Shown here: in pieces, positions 46,379 to 55,625 of the stretch
Layout of the letters: every line of letters starts with the position of its first letter
Position numbering within the stretch: position 1 is the stretch's first letter
Origin: Candidatus Yanofskybacteria bacterium RIFCSPLOWO2_01_FULL_39_28
Lineage (GTDB): Bacteria; Patescibacteriota; Minisyncoccia; 2-02-FULL-40-12; GWA2-44-9
DNA: 64,000 nt
Reading direction: 5' to 3'
Assembly: GCA_001794635.1 (NCBI GenBank)
Contig: MGKE01000011.1
Coordinates: forward strand, 20,682 to 84,681
The notes under the pieces: model-generated
What the model was told of the DNA's origin: nothing
The model's database searches: none
The model's input: only the letters and a program-made list of their open reading frames with translations
Made by a program: the position numbers and the translations under genes

Positions 46379-46413
46379 CAAACGTGGCGCTCTACCAAAT
46401 GAGCTAAGGGCCC
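46379..46413 (-). tRNA. 5' half of the interrupted tRNA-Ala(UGC)-like gene
   Basis: GGGCCCT-TA-GCTC-ATTTGGTA-GAGC-G-CCACG-TTTG supplies the acceptor, D arm, 5' anticodon stem and loop up to position 35. Confidence 0.7.
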
Positions 46414-46617
46414 AATATTATTTAAATCTCTAATCTCTAAGTCCCAATCTCTAAACAATCTCAAATATCTAAATTTTTAAAATATTTAATATTTAAGTTT
46501 TAAATTTGTTTAGAAATTAGATATTGGAAATTAGAAATTCCAGATAACTGGCTGGGCAATTATCTGGCATTATGTTACATTCTACCATAGATTCTTGACA
46601 TCTCAAAGGAGTAATTC

Positions 46618-46938
46618 ATGATCACCGTCACCCCGAAAGCGGCTGAAAGATTAAGGGAAATGATGGCTGAAGAAAAAAAGAATTTCTTAAGAGTTTATGT
46701 CCAAGGAGGCGGTTGCTCCGGATTCCAATACGGCCTGATGCTTGATGAGGGTCCGGGTTCTGAGGGTGAACTTTTTGATTCAAATGGAATAAAATTGCTT
46801 GTTGACCCCATAAGTATCAGTTACTTAAAAGATGCCGAGGTTGATTTTGAAGAAAATTCAACTGGTGGCGGATTTACCATTAAAAATCCCAACGCTAAAT
46901 CAACTTGCGGCTGTGGATCATCATTCAACACTGAATAA
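46618..46938 (+). CDS. HesB/IscA/ErpA-family iron-sulfur cluster insertion protein
   Basis: GGGCSGFQY ... STCGCGSSF motifs; AAAGGAG SD. Confidence 0.9.
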   Translation: MITVTPKAAERLREMMAEEKKNFLRVYVQGGGCSGFQYGLMLDEGPGSEGELFDSNGIKLLVDPISISYLKDAEVDFEENSTGGGFTIKNPNAKSTCGCGSSFNTE

Positions 46939-46941
46939 GCC

Positions 46942-47295
46942 ATGACTGACATGAACCCACCTCTTGTCTCTTTGACTCCGAAAGCGGTTGAATATATAAA
47001 TAGGTTATTTGAAAAAGAAGGTATCAAGCCTCCACCCGGAGGAATCCGTTTTCAAGTCAAAGCCGGAGGATGCCATGGTTTTGAATGTGTTCATCAATTA
47101 GTCCGAACTGATGACCGCCATGACATGATTATAATCTCCCACGGAGTTAGAATTCTTATTGATCCCAAGAGTGCCAAAATTTTAAATGGTACTATTGTAG
47201 ATCACCCTGAAAATCTTATTGAAAAAGGATTGACGTATAATATCCCAAATTCTACTTCCTGCGGTTGCGGCACATCATTTGAAATAAAAAAATAA
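46942..47295 (+). CDS. second HesB/IscA-family protein
   Basis: AGGCHGFEC ... TSCGCGTSFE motifs. Confidence 0.85.
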   Translation: MTDMNPPLVSLTPKAVEYINRLFEKEGIKPPPGGIRFQVKAGGCHGFECVHQLVRTDDRHDMIIISHGVRILIDPKSAKILNGTIVDHPENLIEKGLTYNIPNSTSCGCGTSFEIKK

Positions 47296-47303
47296 TCCCA
47301 CAT

Positions 47304-47987
47304 TTAGTGGGATTTGTTTTTATCAAAAAATATACTGAGGTTACCAAGCAGAGTCAAAAAGTTTTTAAATTTGAGACGTTCCTCTTCCAGTCGGCCGTTC
47401 TGGCAAAAAATAATGTCAGTAACATTATAATGCCAGCCCTTTATCCCCAGACCACAGGCAACCTCAATATTCTTCCTGGAATCGTCAACAAAAACACATT
47501 CTTCTGGTTTTAAACCAAGTTGTTCAATAGGCCTAATCCAGGCTTCCGAGTCGGGTTTGGCTACCCCCTCTCGTGAGGAAATCATTAAATAATTGAAACT
47601 TTCAAAAACTTCCGGGTGACGCTCTGTAACACATTTATCATGAAAAGGATTTAGATTAGAAATCAAGACAGTGGCCAGACCTCTTTGTTTTAAATCTTTA
47701 ACAATCTTGAACATTTCATCGTCAATAACGAAATTACTCCCAAATTCTTCAAAAAAATCTCCTTGATTAGGAATACTCATCCGATAAGCCAGTCTTATTT
47801 GCGAGTAAAATTCTGTTTCATTAATCCTGCCTAAGTCAAAATCTTTGACAAGGTGGGCTATTGCACCCGAAAATATTTCATGAGGTTCAAGACAATTTCC
47901 ACGATATTTATTAATAAACCTATACCAGCGAGGTGTATCAAAAATACCCAAAACATTGCCGAAATCAAACATTGCGCATCTTATCAA
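47304..47987 (-). CDS. HAD-superfamily hydrolase
   Basis: N-terminal AMFDFGNVLG motif I-like sequence, then ...VLISN..., ...VFVDDSRKNI. Confidence 0.7.
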   Translation of the reverse strand: MIRCAMFDFGNVLGIFDTPRWYRFINKYRGNCLEPHEIFSGAIAHLVKDFDLGRINETEFYSQIRLAYRMSIPNQGDFFEEFGSNFVIDDEMFKIVKDLKQRGLATVLISNLNPFHDKCVTERHPEVFESFNYLMISSREGVAKPDSEAWIRPIEQLGLKPEECVFVDDSRKNIEVACGLGIKGWHYNVTDIIFCQNGRLEEERLKFKNFLTLLGNLSIFFDKNKSH

Positions 47988-48157
47988 GTCAGTCCTCCCA
48001 AAATTTAATGAACTATTACCTTATTAACAAATATTACCCAGCTCCTCAAGGGGCTGGGTAATATTTCGGTGTATCTTTACAAATTTGCCTCGTTGAGAGT
48101 GGGCGGCGCTTTGCGCCGCCAACCAAAAAGTCGGTCAATTTTCCGAAAGTCAGATTT

Positions 48158-48232
48158 TGGTGGGTGCGGTAGGAATCGGACCTACGGCCTCGTTCTTATC
48201 AGGAACGCGTTCTACCACTGAACTACGCACCC
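48158..48232 (-). tRNA. tRNA-Ile (anticodon GAU), CCA encoded
   Basis: GGGTGCG-TA-GTTC-AGTGGTA-GAAC-G-CGTTC-CTGATAA-GAACG-AGGCC-GTAGG-TCCGATT-CCTAC-CGCACCC-A-CCA. Confidence 0.9.
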
Positions 48233-48278
48233 AAATTATAAAGTATTTTACCAAGAAAAAAGGAGTTTCACAACTCCC

Positions 48279-50240
48279 CTATTTTTTAGGTCCTCTCATA
48301 TGCTCTTCTGTCATTGGAATTATTCCGCTGAGCAAAAAAACGTCAAAATCACCATTAATTAATCTTTTTGAAACCTTCCATCGATATTCGTCGTCATTAT
48401 TATTCAATACCCTGAACAGCTCTTCGACCTCATACTTTGTTGTCCGGCAGAAAATATCGGCCAGCTGACTGTAGTTATGACCTTGATCTTCCTTGTCTAA
48501 TTCCCTGGCATAAGAATATGTCAGCGCCATCGCGCCAAGATTGATAGCGATTCTGGAGAATCTATCGAGCATCAACTGCTTCAAGGCAAGCTTTGTGGAA
48601 TATTTGGCAGAAGAAATGATAATATTGCGGGCAAGCTTTCCGGATCTATGCTCAATAAACTTAATATGGTTCATTAGCCAATTCGGCAAATATAGATTGA
48701 CCGATGACAAATAATATCCGGCCATCTTGGTTGCCGCTCTGAGCTTTTCACCCATTGAACTTCTCTTAGACATAAGCGGCAAAGCCGTCTTGATAAACTT
48801 ATCCGTCCCCTCTCTGAACATAAGCTGAACAAGTATTTCGTTAGCTCCTTCAAAAATTCTATTCGGCCTTGCACCGGTCCAAAGAATTTCGTCAGGCGGT
48901 GTCAGTTCTCTTTTTGAAAGAGACTGCCAAGTTTCATAAAACCGTCCGCCCCTAACTTGAGCCAGATTATCAACTATCTGCCAAGCTCTTTCTGAAGCAA
49001 AAGTTTTAACTGCCGCCGCTTCAATACGCACGTCCTGGCCTTTATCAAAACAAGTGGAAGCATATTTAGTCATTGCTTCCATAGCTAGAATATTTGTTGC
49101 CGCATACACAATCTTGTCTCTGACTAACTCTTTATCGATTAATGGGCCACCCAATTGACTACGCTTATTACCCCACCATCTAGTAAGATTAAGGGCTTGC
49201 TTTGAAACGCCGATGCAACCTTTAGCAATTGCAATCCGACCAGTATTTAGAGATTCAAAGGCGATCTTTAAGCCGCTACCCTCTCTTGGTCCCCAACCGT
49301 ATTTAGATTCCCAATCTTCCCTGTTTTCACCAATCAGATTAAATGCCGGAACAAAAACCGTTTCAAATAAAGGAGTAGAATTATGAATCCCCCTCATGCC
49401 AATAAAAGTATTTCTTACGCCCACATCAAAACCCTTAGAATTAGTGGCCACAATAAATAATCCGTAACATTCCTTCTTGGTTTTATCTTTGAGCTCGTCT
49501 GGATGATCAACTATTCTTGTAACAACTGATAGATTTTTAGCTAACGACACATGGTCAGTTAAAATACTGTTCGTTGTATACCACTTCTCGCCTTTTATTT
49601 CGTATCCGATAATATTTCCTTGCGCGTCCCTGACTCTTTTAGCATAACATTCTACTTTGGATGCGTCTGATCCGACATTTCTTTCGGTCAAACAAAATCC
49701 AGTAGGCCACTTTATTAACTCGGGTAAAAGATGGTCTTTCTGCTCATCAGTTCCATAATACATTACCGGAAAAACACATCCAATCGTATTGTGGGCAGAC
49801 AAAACAATGACAATAGCGCTGCACCAACTTGCTGAAACGCCAAGTGCTTCCAAGTAACTAGTATTAGAAAGTTCTTTGCCTCCATATTTATTTGAGGCTT
49901 TAAGACCAAAACAACCAAGTCTGGCTAACCCTTCAAAAACCTCCAAAGGAACACTAGAGGTATCGTCAACTAAATATGGATCTACCTTCTTCAACAAAAA
50001 ATCACTGAGTTCTGTAACAATTTTATCACGCCTCTGAATTTCCTCCGCCGACGGTTTTGACCACTCACCAAACACTCTTTCAAAAGGCAAACTACCAGTA
50101 AAAATTCCTGCAAAGAGATTGTCGGCCGAACTCTGACTTCTTAATTCTTCGGCAATTTCAACTCCCCTGCCAAGTCCTTTGGTAATATTCGCGTCTTTAT
50201 ACATTCTCTTGTCCTTTTTAAAGAACCTTAATTTGCTCAC
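48279..50240 (-). CDS. large acyl-CoA dehydrogenase family protein
   Basis: 653 aa; TERNVGSDAS (TExxxGSD-like) and ACAD middle and C-terminal domains. Confidence 0.8.
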   Translation of the reverse strand: MSKLRFFKKDKRMYKDANITKGLGRGVEIAEELRSQSSADNLFAGIFTGSLPFERVFGEWSKPSAEEIQRRDKIVTELSDFLLKKVDPYLVDDTSSVPLEVFEGLARLGCFGLKASNKYGGKELSNTSYLEALGVSASWCSAIVIVLSAHNTIGCVFPVMYYGTDEQKDHLLPELIKWPTGFCLTERNVGSDASKVECYAKRVRDAQGNIIGYEIKGEKWYTTNSILTDHVSLAKNLSVVTRIVDHPDELKDKTKKECYGLFIVATNSKGFDVGVRNTFIGMRGIHNSTPLFETVFVPAFNLIGENREDWESKYGWGPREGSGLKIAFESLNTGRIAIAKGCIGVSKQALNLTRWWGNKRSQLGGPLIDKELVRDKIVYAATNILAMEAMTKYASTCFDKGQDVRIEAAAVKTFASERAWQIVDNLAQVRGGRFYETWQSLSKRELTPPDEILWTGARPNRIFEGANEILVQLMFREGTDKFIKTALPLMSKRSSMGEKLRAATKMAGYYLSSVNLYLPNWLMNHIKFIEHRSGKLARNIIISSAKYSTKLALKQLMLDRFSRIAINLGAMALTYSYARELDKEDQGHNYSQLADIFCRTTKYEVEELFRVLNNNDDEYRWKVSKRLINGDFDVFLLSGIIPMTEEHMRGPKK

Positions 50241-50392
50241 ACAATACCAACATTTTTATATCATGTACAGACCATACTCGCATATATTAAAGTGTAAATA
50301 ATAACAGCGATTACCTGATAAGTGTATGGGTTGACTTATTATATACAAGCGCAATAATGTGGCCAAAAGACCTTTGAAAATTGAGGCAAGGC

Positions 50393-51727
50393 ATGAGAAC
50401 GGTCATTGTTGATGGATTCAGGACGGCCTTCTGTAAAGAAGGTACTCTTCTAAAAGATGTTCCGGCAGATTTTCTAGGCGCCTTAGCTGTCAGAGAAATG
50501 CTAAAAAGAATGGACAACTGGAATCTGCCGCCAACAGCGATTGAATACGTAATTGGAAGCAGCGTCACAGAACCGGCTCATGCCAAAAATATCGCTCATG
50601 TGGTTTCAGTAAAAGGTGGCGTACCTGATTGGGTTCCGGGACATACCCTGAACCACAACTGCGGTTCAGGTATTACTGCTGTTGACGAAGCAAGGAACCT
50701 TATAGAAAAAGGGGTATATAGTTGCGTGCTAGTAGTCGGCGTTGAATCAATGAGCCGAATACCTCTGCTTTATTCTGATGTGGTCAAAGAAGATTTTTAC
50801 AGTCTCCAACGAGCCAGGACAATGAAAGAAAAAATTGCTATTACCCTACGGCTTTATTCAAAACTCTTCCGATTTTGGAAAAAAGAGTATGCTCCCCAAG
50901 TCGGATTAATCATGGGCCTGACTGACCCTATCTGCGATCTTATTATGGGTTTGACTGCCGAAAAATTAGCCAAAGACCCATCTCTTGGAATAACCCGTGA
51001 AGATCAAGACCGGTTTGCTTTGCGCTCCAACAAGCTAGCAGCCAAAGCTCAAGAAATTGGAATATTTAAACAAGAAATAGCACCCTTAATTATTCCTACT
51101 GGGAAAGATTGCTTTTATGTTGATAGTGATAATGGTTTAAGAAAATTTTCTAAAGCAGAAATATTCGCAAGATCAAAACCATTTTTTGACAAAAGATATG
51201 GCACGGTTACTCCGGCTAATTCTTCTCAAATTACTGATGGTGCCGCCTGTATTCTGCTTATGAGCCAAAGCAAAGCCCATACTCTTGGACTGCCGATACT
51301 TGGTTGTGTTGGCGAATATAATGTTGCTGGATTTGATCCTTCAAGAATGGGATTGAGCCCGGTTGGAGCAATAAACAAACTGTTAAAAAAGAGCGGTCGA
51401 TCTATTAGTAATTTTTCGACGATAGAAATAAACGAAGCTTTTGCTGCTCAAGTTCTGGCCTGTTTGAAGGTCATGTCGTCCGATGTTCTAACAAAAAAGT
51501 TTTTTTCACCTTATGGTTTTGACAAAGCTTTAGTAGAAATTGATAGCAACCGACTTAATCCGAACGGCGGAGCAATCGCTCTTGGTCACCCGGTCGGAGT
51601 TTCAGGAATGAGACTTATAATCACAGCTCTTAAAGAACTCGAGAGAAGAGGCGGTGAGTCGGCTCTAGTTAGTGCCTGTATCGGCGGCGGTCAAGGCAAC
51701 GCCATGATCCTTGAAAGGAGTACCTAA
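50393..51727 (+). CDS. fadI: 3-ketoacyl-CoA thiolase (FadI-like)
   Basis: NHNCGSGITAV active-site Cys, NPNGGAIALGHPVGVSGMR, ACIGGGQGNA. The start at MRTVIVDGFRTAF is likely. Confidence 0.85.
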   Translation: MRTVIVDGFRTAFCKEGTLLKDVPADFLGALAVREMLKRMDNWNLPPTAIEYVIGSSVTEPAHAKNIAHVVSVKGGVPDWVPGHTLNHNCGSGITAVDEARNLIEKGVYSCVLVVGVESMSRIPLLYSDVVKEDFYSLQRARTMKEKIAITLRLYSKLFRFWKKEYAPQVGLIMGLTDPICDLIMGLTAEKLAKDPSLGITREDQDRFALRSNKLAAKAQEIGIFKQEIAPLIIPTGKDCFYVDSDNGLRKFSKAEIFARSKPFFDKRYGTVTPANSSQITDGAACILLMSQSKAHTLGLPILGCVGEYNVAGFDPSRMGLSPVGAINKLLKKSGRSISNFSTIEINEAFAAQVLACLKVMSSDVLTKKFFSPYGFDKALVEIDSNRLNPNGGAIALGHPVGVSGMRLIITALKELERRGGESALVSACIGGGQGNAMILERST

Positions 51728-53853
51728 TGACTAGCGCTTACAGAAACTTTAAGACTAAGTTGCTTGAAAACGGAGTTGTTATAGTTGGTTTTGACAATCA
51801 AGATAAACCGGTCAATATTCTTGGCAAGGAAATCTTAAAAGAATTTTGGCTGATAATGCTGGACGCTTTTAACAATAAAGATGTCAAAGCTGTTGTTTTG
51901 ACTAGTCTTAAAAATAATCCGCCATCATTCATTGCTGGCGCAGATATTAATGAAATAAAGAATATAACTAATGAGAAAGAATGTCGAATCTTGGTGGAAC
52001 AAGCTCATAAAATGTTCCGGACTATGGAAGAATCAGAAAAGCCGATTGTGGCTGCCATAGAAGGTGTTTGCCTTGGCGGAGGACTTGAACTGGCTCTGGC
52101 CTGTCATTGGCGAGTTGCTTCGGATCATCCTCAAACTATGTTGGCGTTGCCGGAAGTAATGTTAGGTATAATTCCTGGATTTGGCGGAACTCAACGATTG
52201 CCGAAACTCATTGGTTTACCGCCAGCCATTGAGATTATTGCCACCGGAAAAAATATTTACCCCTACAAAGCTATAAAGTCAGGCCTTGTAGACGATCTGG
52301 TTGGACATGCACCGGTTGATAACCGAAAAATAGATACTATAGAAAAAGAGGTTTTTGTATCTGTCGCCATCCAAAGAGCATTAGAACTTGCCTCCGATAA
52401 AAAAACAAGGCGTAAATTAGACCTGAAAACAAAAATTGCAGCTTGGCCAATTTTAAGAAAATATACCTTTAGTAAAGCCAGAAAAATGATTATGGCCCAA
52501 ACTGGTGGTTTTTATCCAGCCCCCATTATGGCTGTTGAAGCGATAGAGGGCGGTTTTAGGAAATCTGTTTACCGCGGTTCTATGGAAAACGAGTCTCCGA
52601 AAATTTCAAAACTTGCCGTTTCTAACCTATCAAAAAACTTAATTAATATTTTCTTTGGAACTGAAGATTTAAAACGCACAAAAACTACGGCTAAGCCATC
52701 CGGTCAGTTACAAACAGTCGGTATTTTGGGCGCCGGATTGATGGGCGCCCAAATTGCTGGCAATCTTTCAGAAAAAGGATTCGGGGTTCTAATAAAAGAT
52801 CTAAAACCTGAATTTATAACAAACGGCATTAAACGAATTGCAGAAAATGAATCCAAGAATTTTGCCAAAAGAACAATAACTAAACCTGAATACGAACAGA
52901 GGCTGTTAAGAATATATCCAACCCTTAATTGGAGTGATTTCAAAAATACCGACCTAGTTATTGAAGCAATAAAAGAAGTTCTCGAATGGAAACAGCGGCT
53001 GCTTTCAGAATTTGAGAATGTTGCCAAACCTGATGCGATATTTGCGACAAACACATCTTCTTACACGGTTTCTGAGATAGCTGAAAACGCAAAGAATAAA
53101 GAAAGATGTATCGCTATGCATTTCTTCAACCCTCTTCGTTCAATGAAACTGGTTGAGATTGGAGTAGCCGATTTTACCTCGCCAGAAACCGTTGCCGCAG
53201 TCATAAGTCTTGCCAAAAAAATGGGCAAACTGCCTTTAGTGGTAAAGGATTGTCCAGGATTCTTGGTCAACAGAATTCTTTCCCGATACTTGATTGAATC
53301 GATATTAATGATAGCCGAAGGAATCCCCATCCAAGACATAGACCAAGCCGCTAAAAAATTCGGCATGGCCATTGACTCGGGCAGAACTATGGGTCCGCTG
53401 GAACTTATTGACTATGTCGGGATTGGGACTTGTGTTCATGTCATAGAATCACTAAAAAAATTAGGGCCAAGGATTCAAGGCCATCCCTTAATTGTTGATA
53501 TGGCTCCTAAAGGCAAGGATCCATTGAGATTCTGGCTGAACGGAAAAGAAAATCAGGCTGTCTATCAAGTACTTGCGGAGAAGCATAACTGGACTAGAAA
53601 AAAATTACCTGAGAACGAAATTATTGACCGATTGATACTGCCCATGGCAGATGAGGCATTAAGATGCTTGGCGGAAAGAATTGTGGACAGTCCTGATAAG
53701 ATTGATCTGGCCATGCTTTATGGAGCAGGTTTTCCGGCCTTCAGGGGCGGATTGCTCAAGTGGGCCAAAGTTCAAGGGGCAGAACAAATAAATAATCGCC
53801 TAAAAGAATTATCCAATAAATTTGGTTCGAGATTTGAACCATTTGAGTCTTAA
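51727..53853 (+). CDS. fadJ: multifunctional enoyl-CoA hydratase / 3-hydroxyacyl-CoA dehydrogenase (FadJ-like)
   Basis: The N-terminal crotonase fold has FIAGADINE, followed by the GILGAGLMGAQIA Rossmann motif. 708 aa. The start overlaps the thiolase stop by 1 nt. Confidence 0.85.
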   Translation: MTSAYRNFKTKLLENGVVIVGFDNQDKPVNILGKEILKEFWLIMLDAFNNKDVKAVVLTSLKNNPPSFIAGADINEIKNITNEKECRILVEQAHKMFRTMEESEKPIVAAIEGVCLGGGLELALACHWRVASDHPQTMLALPEVMLGIIPGFGGTQRLPKLIGLPPAIEIIATGKNIYPYKAIKSGLVDDLVGHAPVDNRKIDTIEKEVFVSVAIQRALELASDKKTRRKLDLKTKIAAWPILRKYTFSKARKMIMAQTGGFYPAPIMAVEAIEGGFRKSVYRGSMENESPKISKLAVSNLSKNLINIFFGTEDLKRTKTTAKPSGQLQTVGILGAGLMGAQIAGNLSEKGFGVLIKDLKPEFITNGIKRIAENESKNFAKRTITKPEYEQRLLRIYPTLNWSDFKNTDLVIEAIKEVLEWKQRLLSEFENVAKPDAIFATNTSSYTVSEIAENAKNKERCIAMHFFNPLRSMKLVEIGVADFTSPETVAAVISLAKKMGKLPLVVKDCPGFLVNRILSRYLIESILMIAEGIPIQDIDQAAKKFGMAIDSGRTMGPLELIDYVGIGTCVHVIESLKKLGPRIQGHPLIVDMAPKGKDPLRFWLNGKENQAVYQVLAEKHNWTRKKLPENEIIDRLILPMADEALRCLAERIVDSPDKIDLAMLYGAGFPAFRGGLLKWAKVQGAEQINNRLKELSNKFGSRFEPFES

Positions 53854-53951
53854 TATATAATCTTACCCGCTGGGTAAGATTTTTAATTTTCAAACAAAAG
53901 CCCCATAAAAACTTGTCAAATTTTATATCTTGTGGTAAACTAGCAACACAA

Positions 53952-54503
53952 ATGGAAAACGGGCTTGAACAAGTTAAGAAAGGATTAAAGAAAAAATTCA
54001 GTTCCAAAAAAATCATATTCGGGCAGGGTTTTGATGGCGCAAAAGTCGTTTTTGTGACTGATCCGGCCACTTCAAGAGAGATAGAAGAAAACAAGCCAAT
54101 TACCGGCCATGGTGAAAAAACTCTGAATAAACTGCTCAAATTAGCCGGATTAGATAAGAGAAAAGTCTACATAACCAATGTGGTTAAATATACGGTTCAG
54201 GGAAGAGTCCACACCTCAAAAGAAATAAAATCTTCGGTTCCATTTCTCAAAGAAGAAATAAAAACAATCAGCCCGCAAGTAGTAGTTACGTTAGGAACTA
54301 CTGCGTTAACCGGCATAGGTTTAAGACAACCTTTAAATAATGTCCGCGGAAGAACATTTAATTTTGGAAGCTATGAACTTCTCCCTACCCACCACCCAGA
54401 AAATACACAAAAAAATCCAATTCTTCAGCCAGAATTAGAAGCTGACTTCTTGAAGCTAAAAACTCTTCTCAAAAACATAAAAGAAAGACCAACTGAAGTA
54501 TAA
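53952..54503 (+). CDS. family 4 uracil-DNA glycosylase
   Basis: GQGFDGAKVVFVTDPATSRE...GHGEKTLNKLL...YITNVVKY...HHPE motifs. The track ORF starts at 53913. Confidence 0.8.
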   Translation: MENGLEQVKKGLKKKFSSKKIIFGQGFDGAKVVFVTDPATSREIEENKPITGHGEKTLNKLLKLAGLDKRKVYITNVVKYTVQGRVHTSKEIKSSVPFLKEEIKTISPQVVVTLGTTALTGIGLRQPLNNVRGRTFNFGSYELLPTHHPENTQKNPILQPELEADFLKLKTLLKNIKERPTEV

Positions 54504-54523
54504 ATAATCCAGCCATAGCTGGA

Positions 54524-55519
54524 TTATTTATACTTCTTTCTTTTAAAAACCTTTTTAACTGCATCTTTTATATCTCCGACTCCCATGCCTAATTTATTTA
54601 TCAACTCAAACGGATCCCCAGACTCGCCAAAACGATTGTGCACGCCCACATATTCCTGTGGCACCGGATAGTTGCGCGACAAGCATTCAGCTACCGCCGA
54701 ACCCAATCCACCGTTTATCTGATGTTCCTCAACTGATACAACTGCACCGCACTTTTTAGCCGCTTCAATTATCGTTTTTTCATCTAACGGTTTGATCGTG
54801 TGGGAATTGATAACCATGCAGTCAATCTGTTCCTTGGCTAATTCTTCAGCCGCAACAAGTGCATTGTATAAAAGTATTCCGCAACCGACTATTGCCACAT
54901 CCTGGCCATCTCTCAAAATTTCTGCCCGACCAACCTCAAATGGCGTATCTGGGGTAGTAAAAACCCAAGATTTTTCCCGACCTAAACGAATATAGGATGG
55001 TTCGTTATTAAAAGCTATGGCCACAGTTGCTTTCTGGGCTTCAACAGCATCGCAAGGAACAACCACGATCATGTTTGGCTGAACACGCATTAAAGCAATA
55101 TCTTCTATTTGCTGGTGAGTCGCTCCATCCGGGCCAACAGAAACACCGGCATGACAACCAACAACTTTAACTGGGACATGATTAAGAGAAATGGTTGTTC
55201 TTATTTGTTCATTATTGCGCCCGGGACTGAAAGCGGCATAAGAACCAATAAAAGGTATCTTGCCGTAATTAGCCATTCCCGAAGCTACTGTCGCCATGTT
55301 TTGTTCAGCCACTCCAACTTGAATAAATCTAGATGGAAATTTTTGCTGAAACCAATGGAATCTTGTTGATTCGGTTAAATCAGCACACAAAGCCACCACT
55401 CTTTCGTCTTTTTCCCCGGCCTCAACCAGGCCCTTTCCAAAGCCATCTCTTGTTGGCACCATCTGGATATTTTTCTCATCCAACAGGTTGTCTATAAGTT
55501 TTGCCTCTTTGTTAATCAT
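54524..55519 (-). CDS. transketolase, C-terminal subunit
   Basis: Pyrimidine-binding and C-terminal domains (FIQVGVAEQNMATVASGMA...). A split tkt arrangement. Confidence 0.9.
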   Translation of the reverse strand: MINKEAKLIDNLLDEKNIQMVPTRDGFGKGLVEAGEKDERVVALCADLTESTRFHWFQQKFPSRFIQVGVAEQNMATVASGMANYGKIPFIGSYAAFSPGRNNEQIRTTISLNHVPVKVVGCHAGVSVGPDGATHQQIEDIALMRVQPNMIVVVPCDAVEAQKATVAIAFNNEPSYIRLGREKSWVFTTPDTPFEVGRAEILRDGQDVAIVGCGILLYNALVAAEELAKEQIDCMVINSHTIKPLDEKTIIEAAKKCGAVVSVEEHQINGGLGSAVAECLSRNYPVPQEYVGVHNRFGESGDPFELINKLGMGVGDIKDAVKKVFKRKKYK

Positions 55520-55520
55520 A

Positions 55521-55624
55521 GCTACTAATTACTAATGATGACTAATTTACTAATCTACGAATCATAAAGGATACGAACATACGATTTGTAGATTCGTATA
55601 TTCGTATAGATTTGTAATTCGTAG
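55521..55624. repeat. family-1 repeat, copy 8 (inside the split-transketolase operon)
   Basis: GCTACTAATTACTAATGATGACTAATTTACTAATCTACGAATCATAAAGGATACGAACATACGATTTGTAGATTCGTATATTCGTATAGATTTGTAATTCGTAG. Confidence 0.75.
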
Positions 55625-55625
55625 C

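Noticed and set aside
4813-55624. CRISPR array as the explanation for the recurring ~95-nt elements
   Set aside because: The copies are kilobases apart, each sits between different genes, they are long nested palindromes, and there are no short regular spacers or cas genes.
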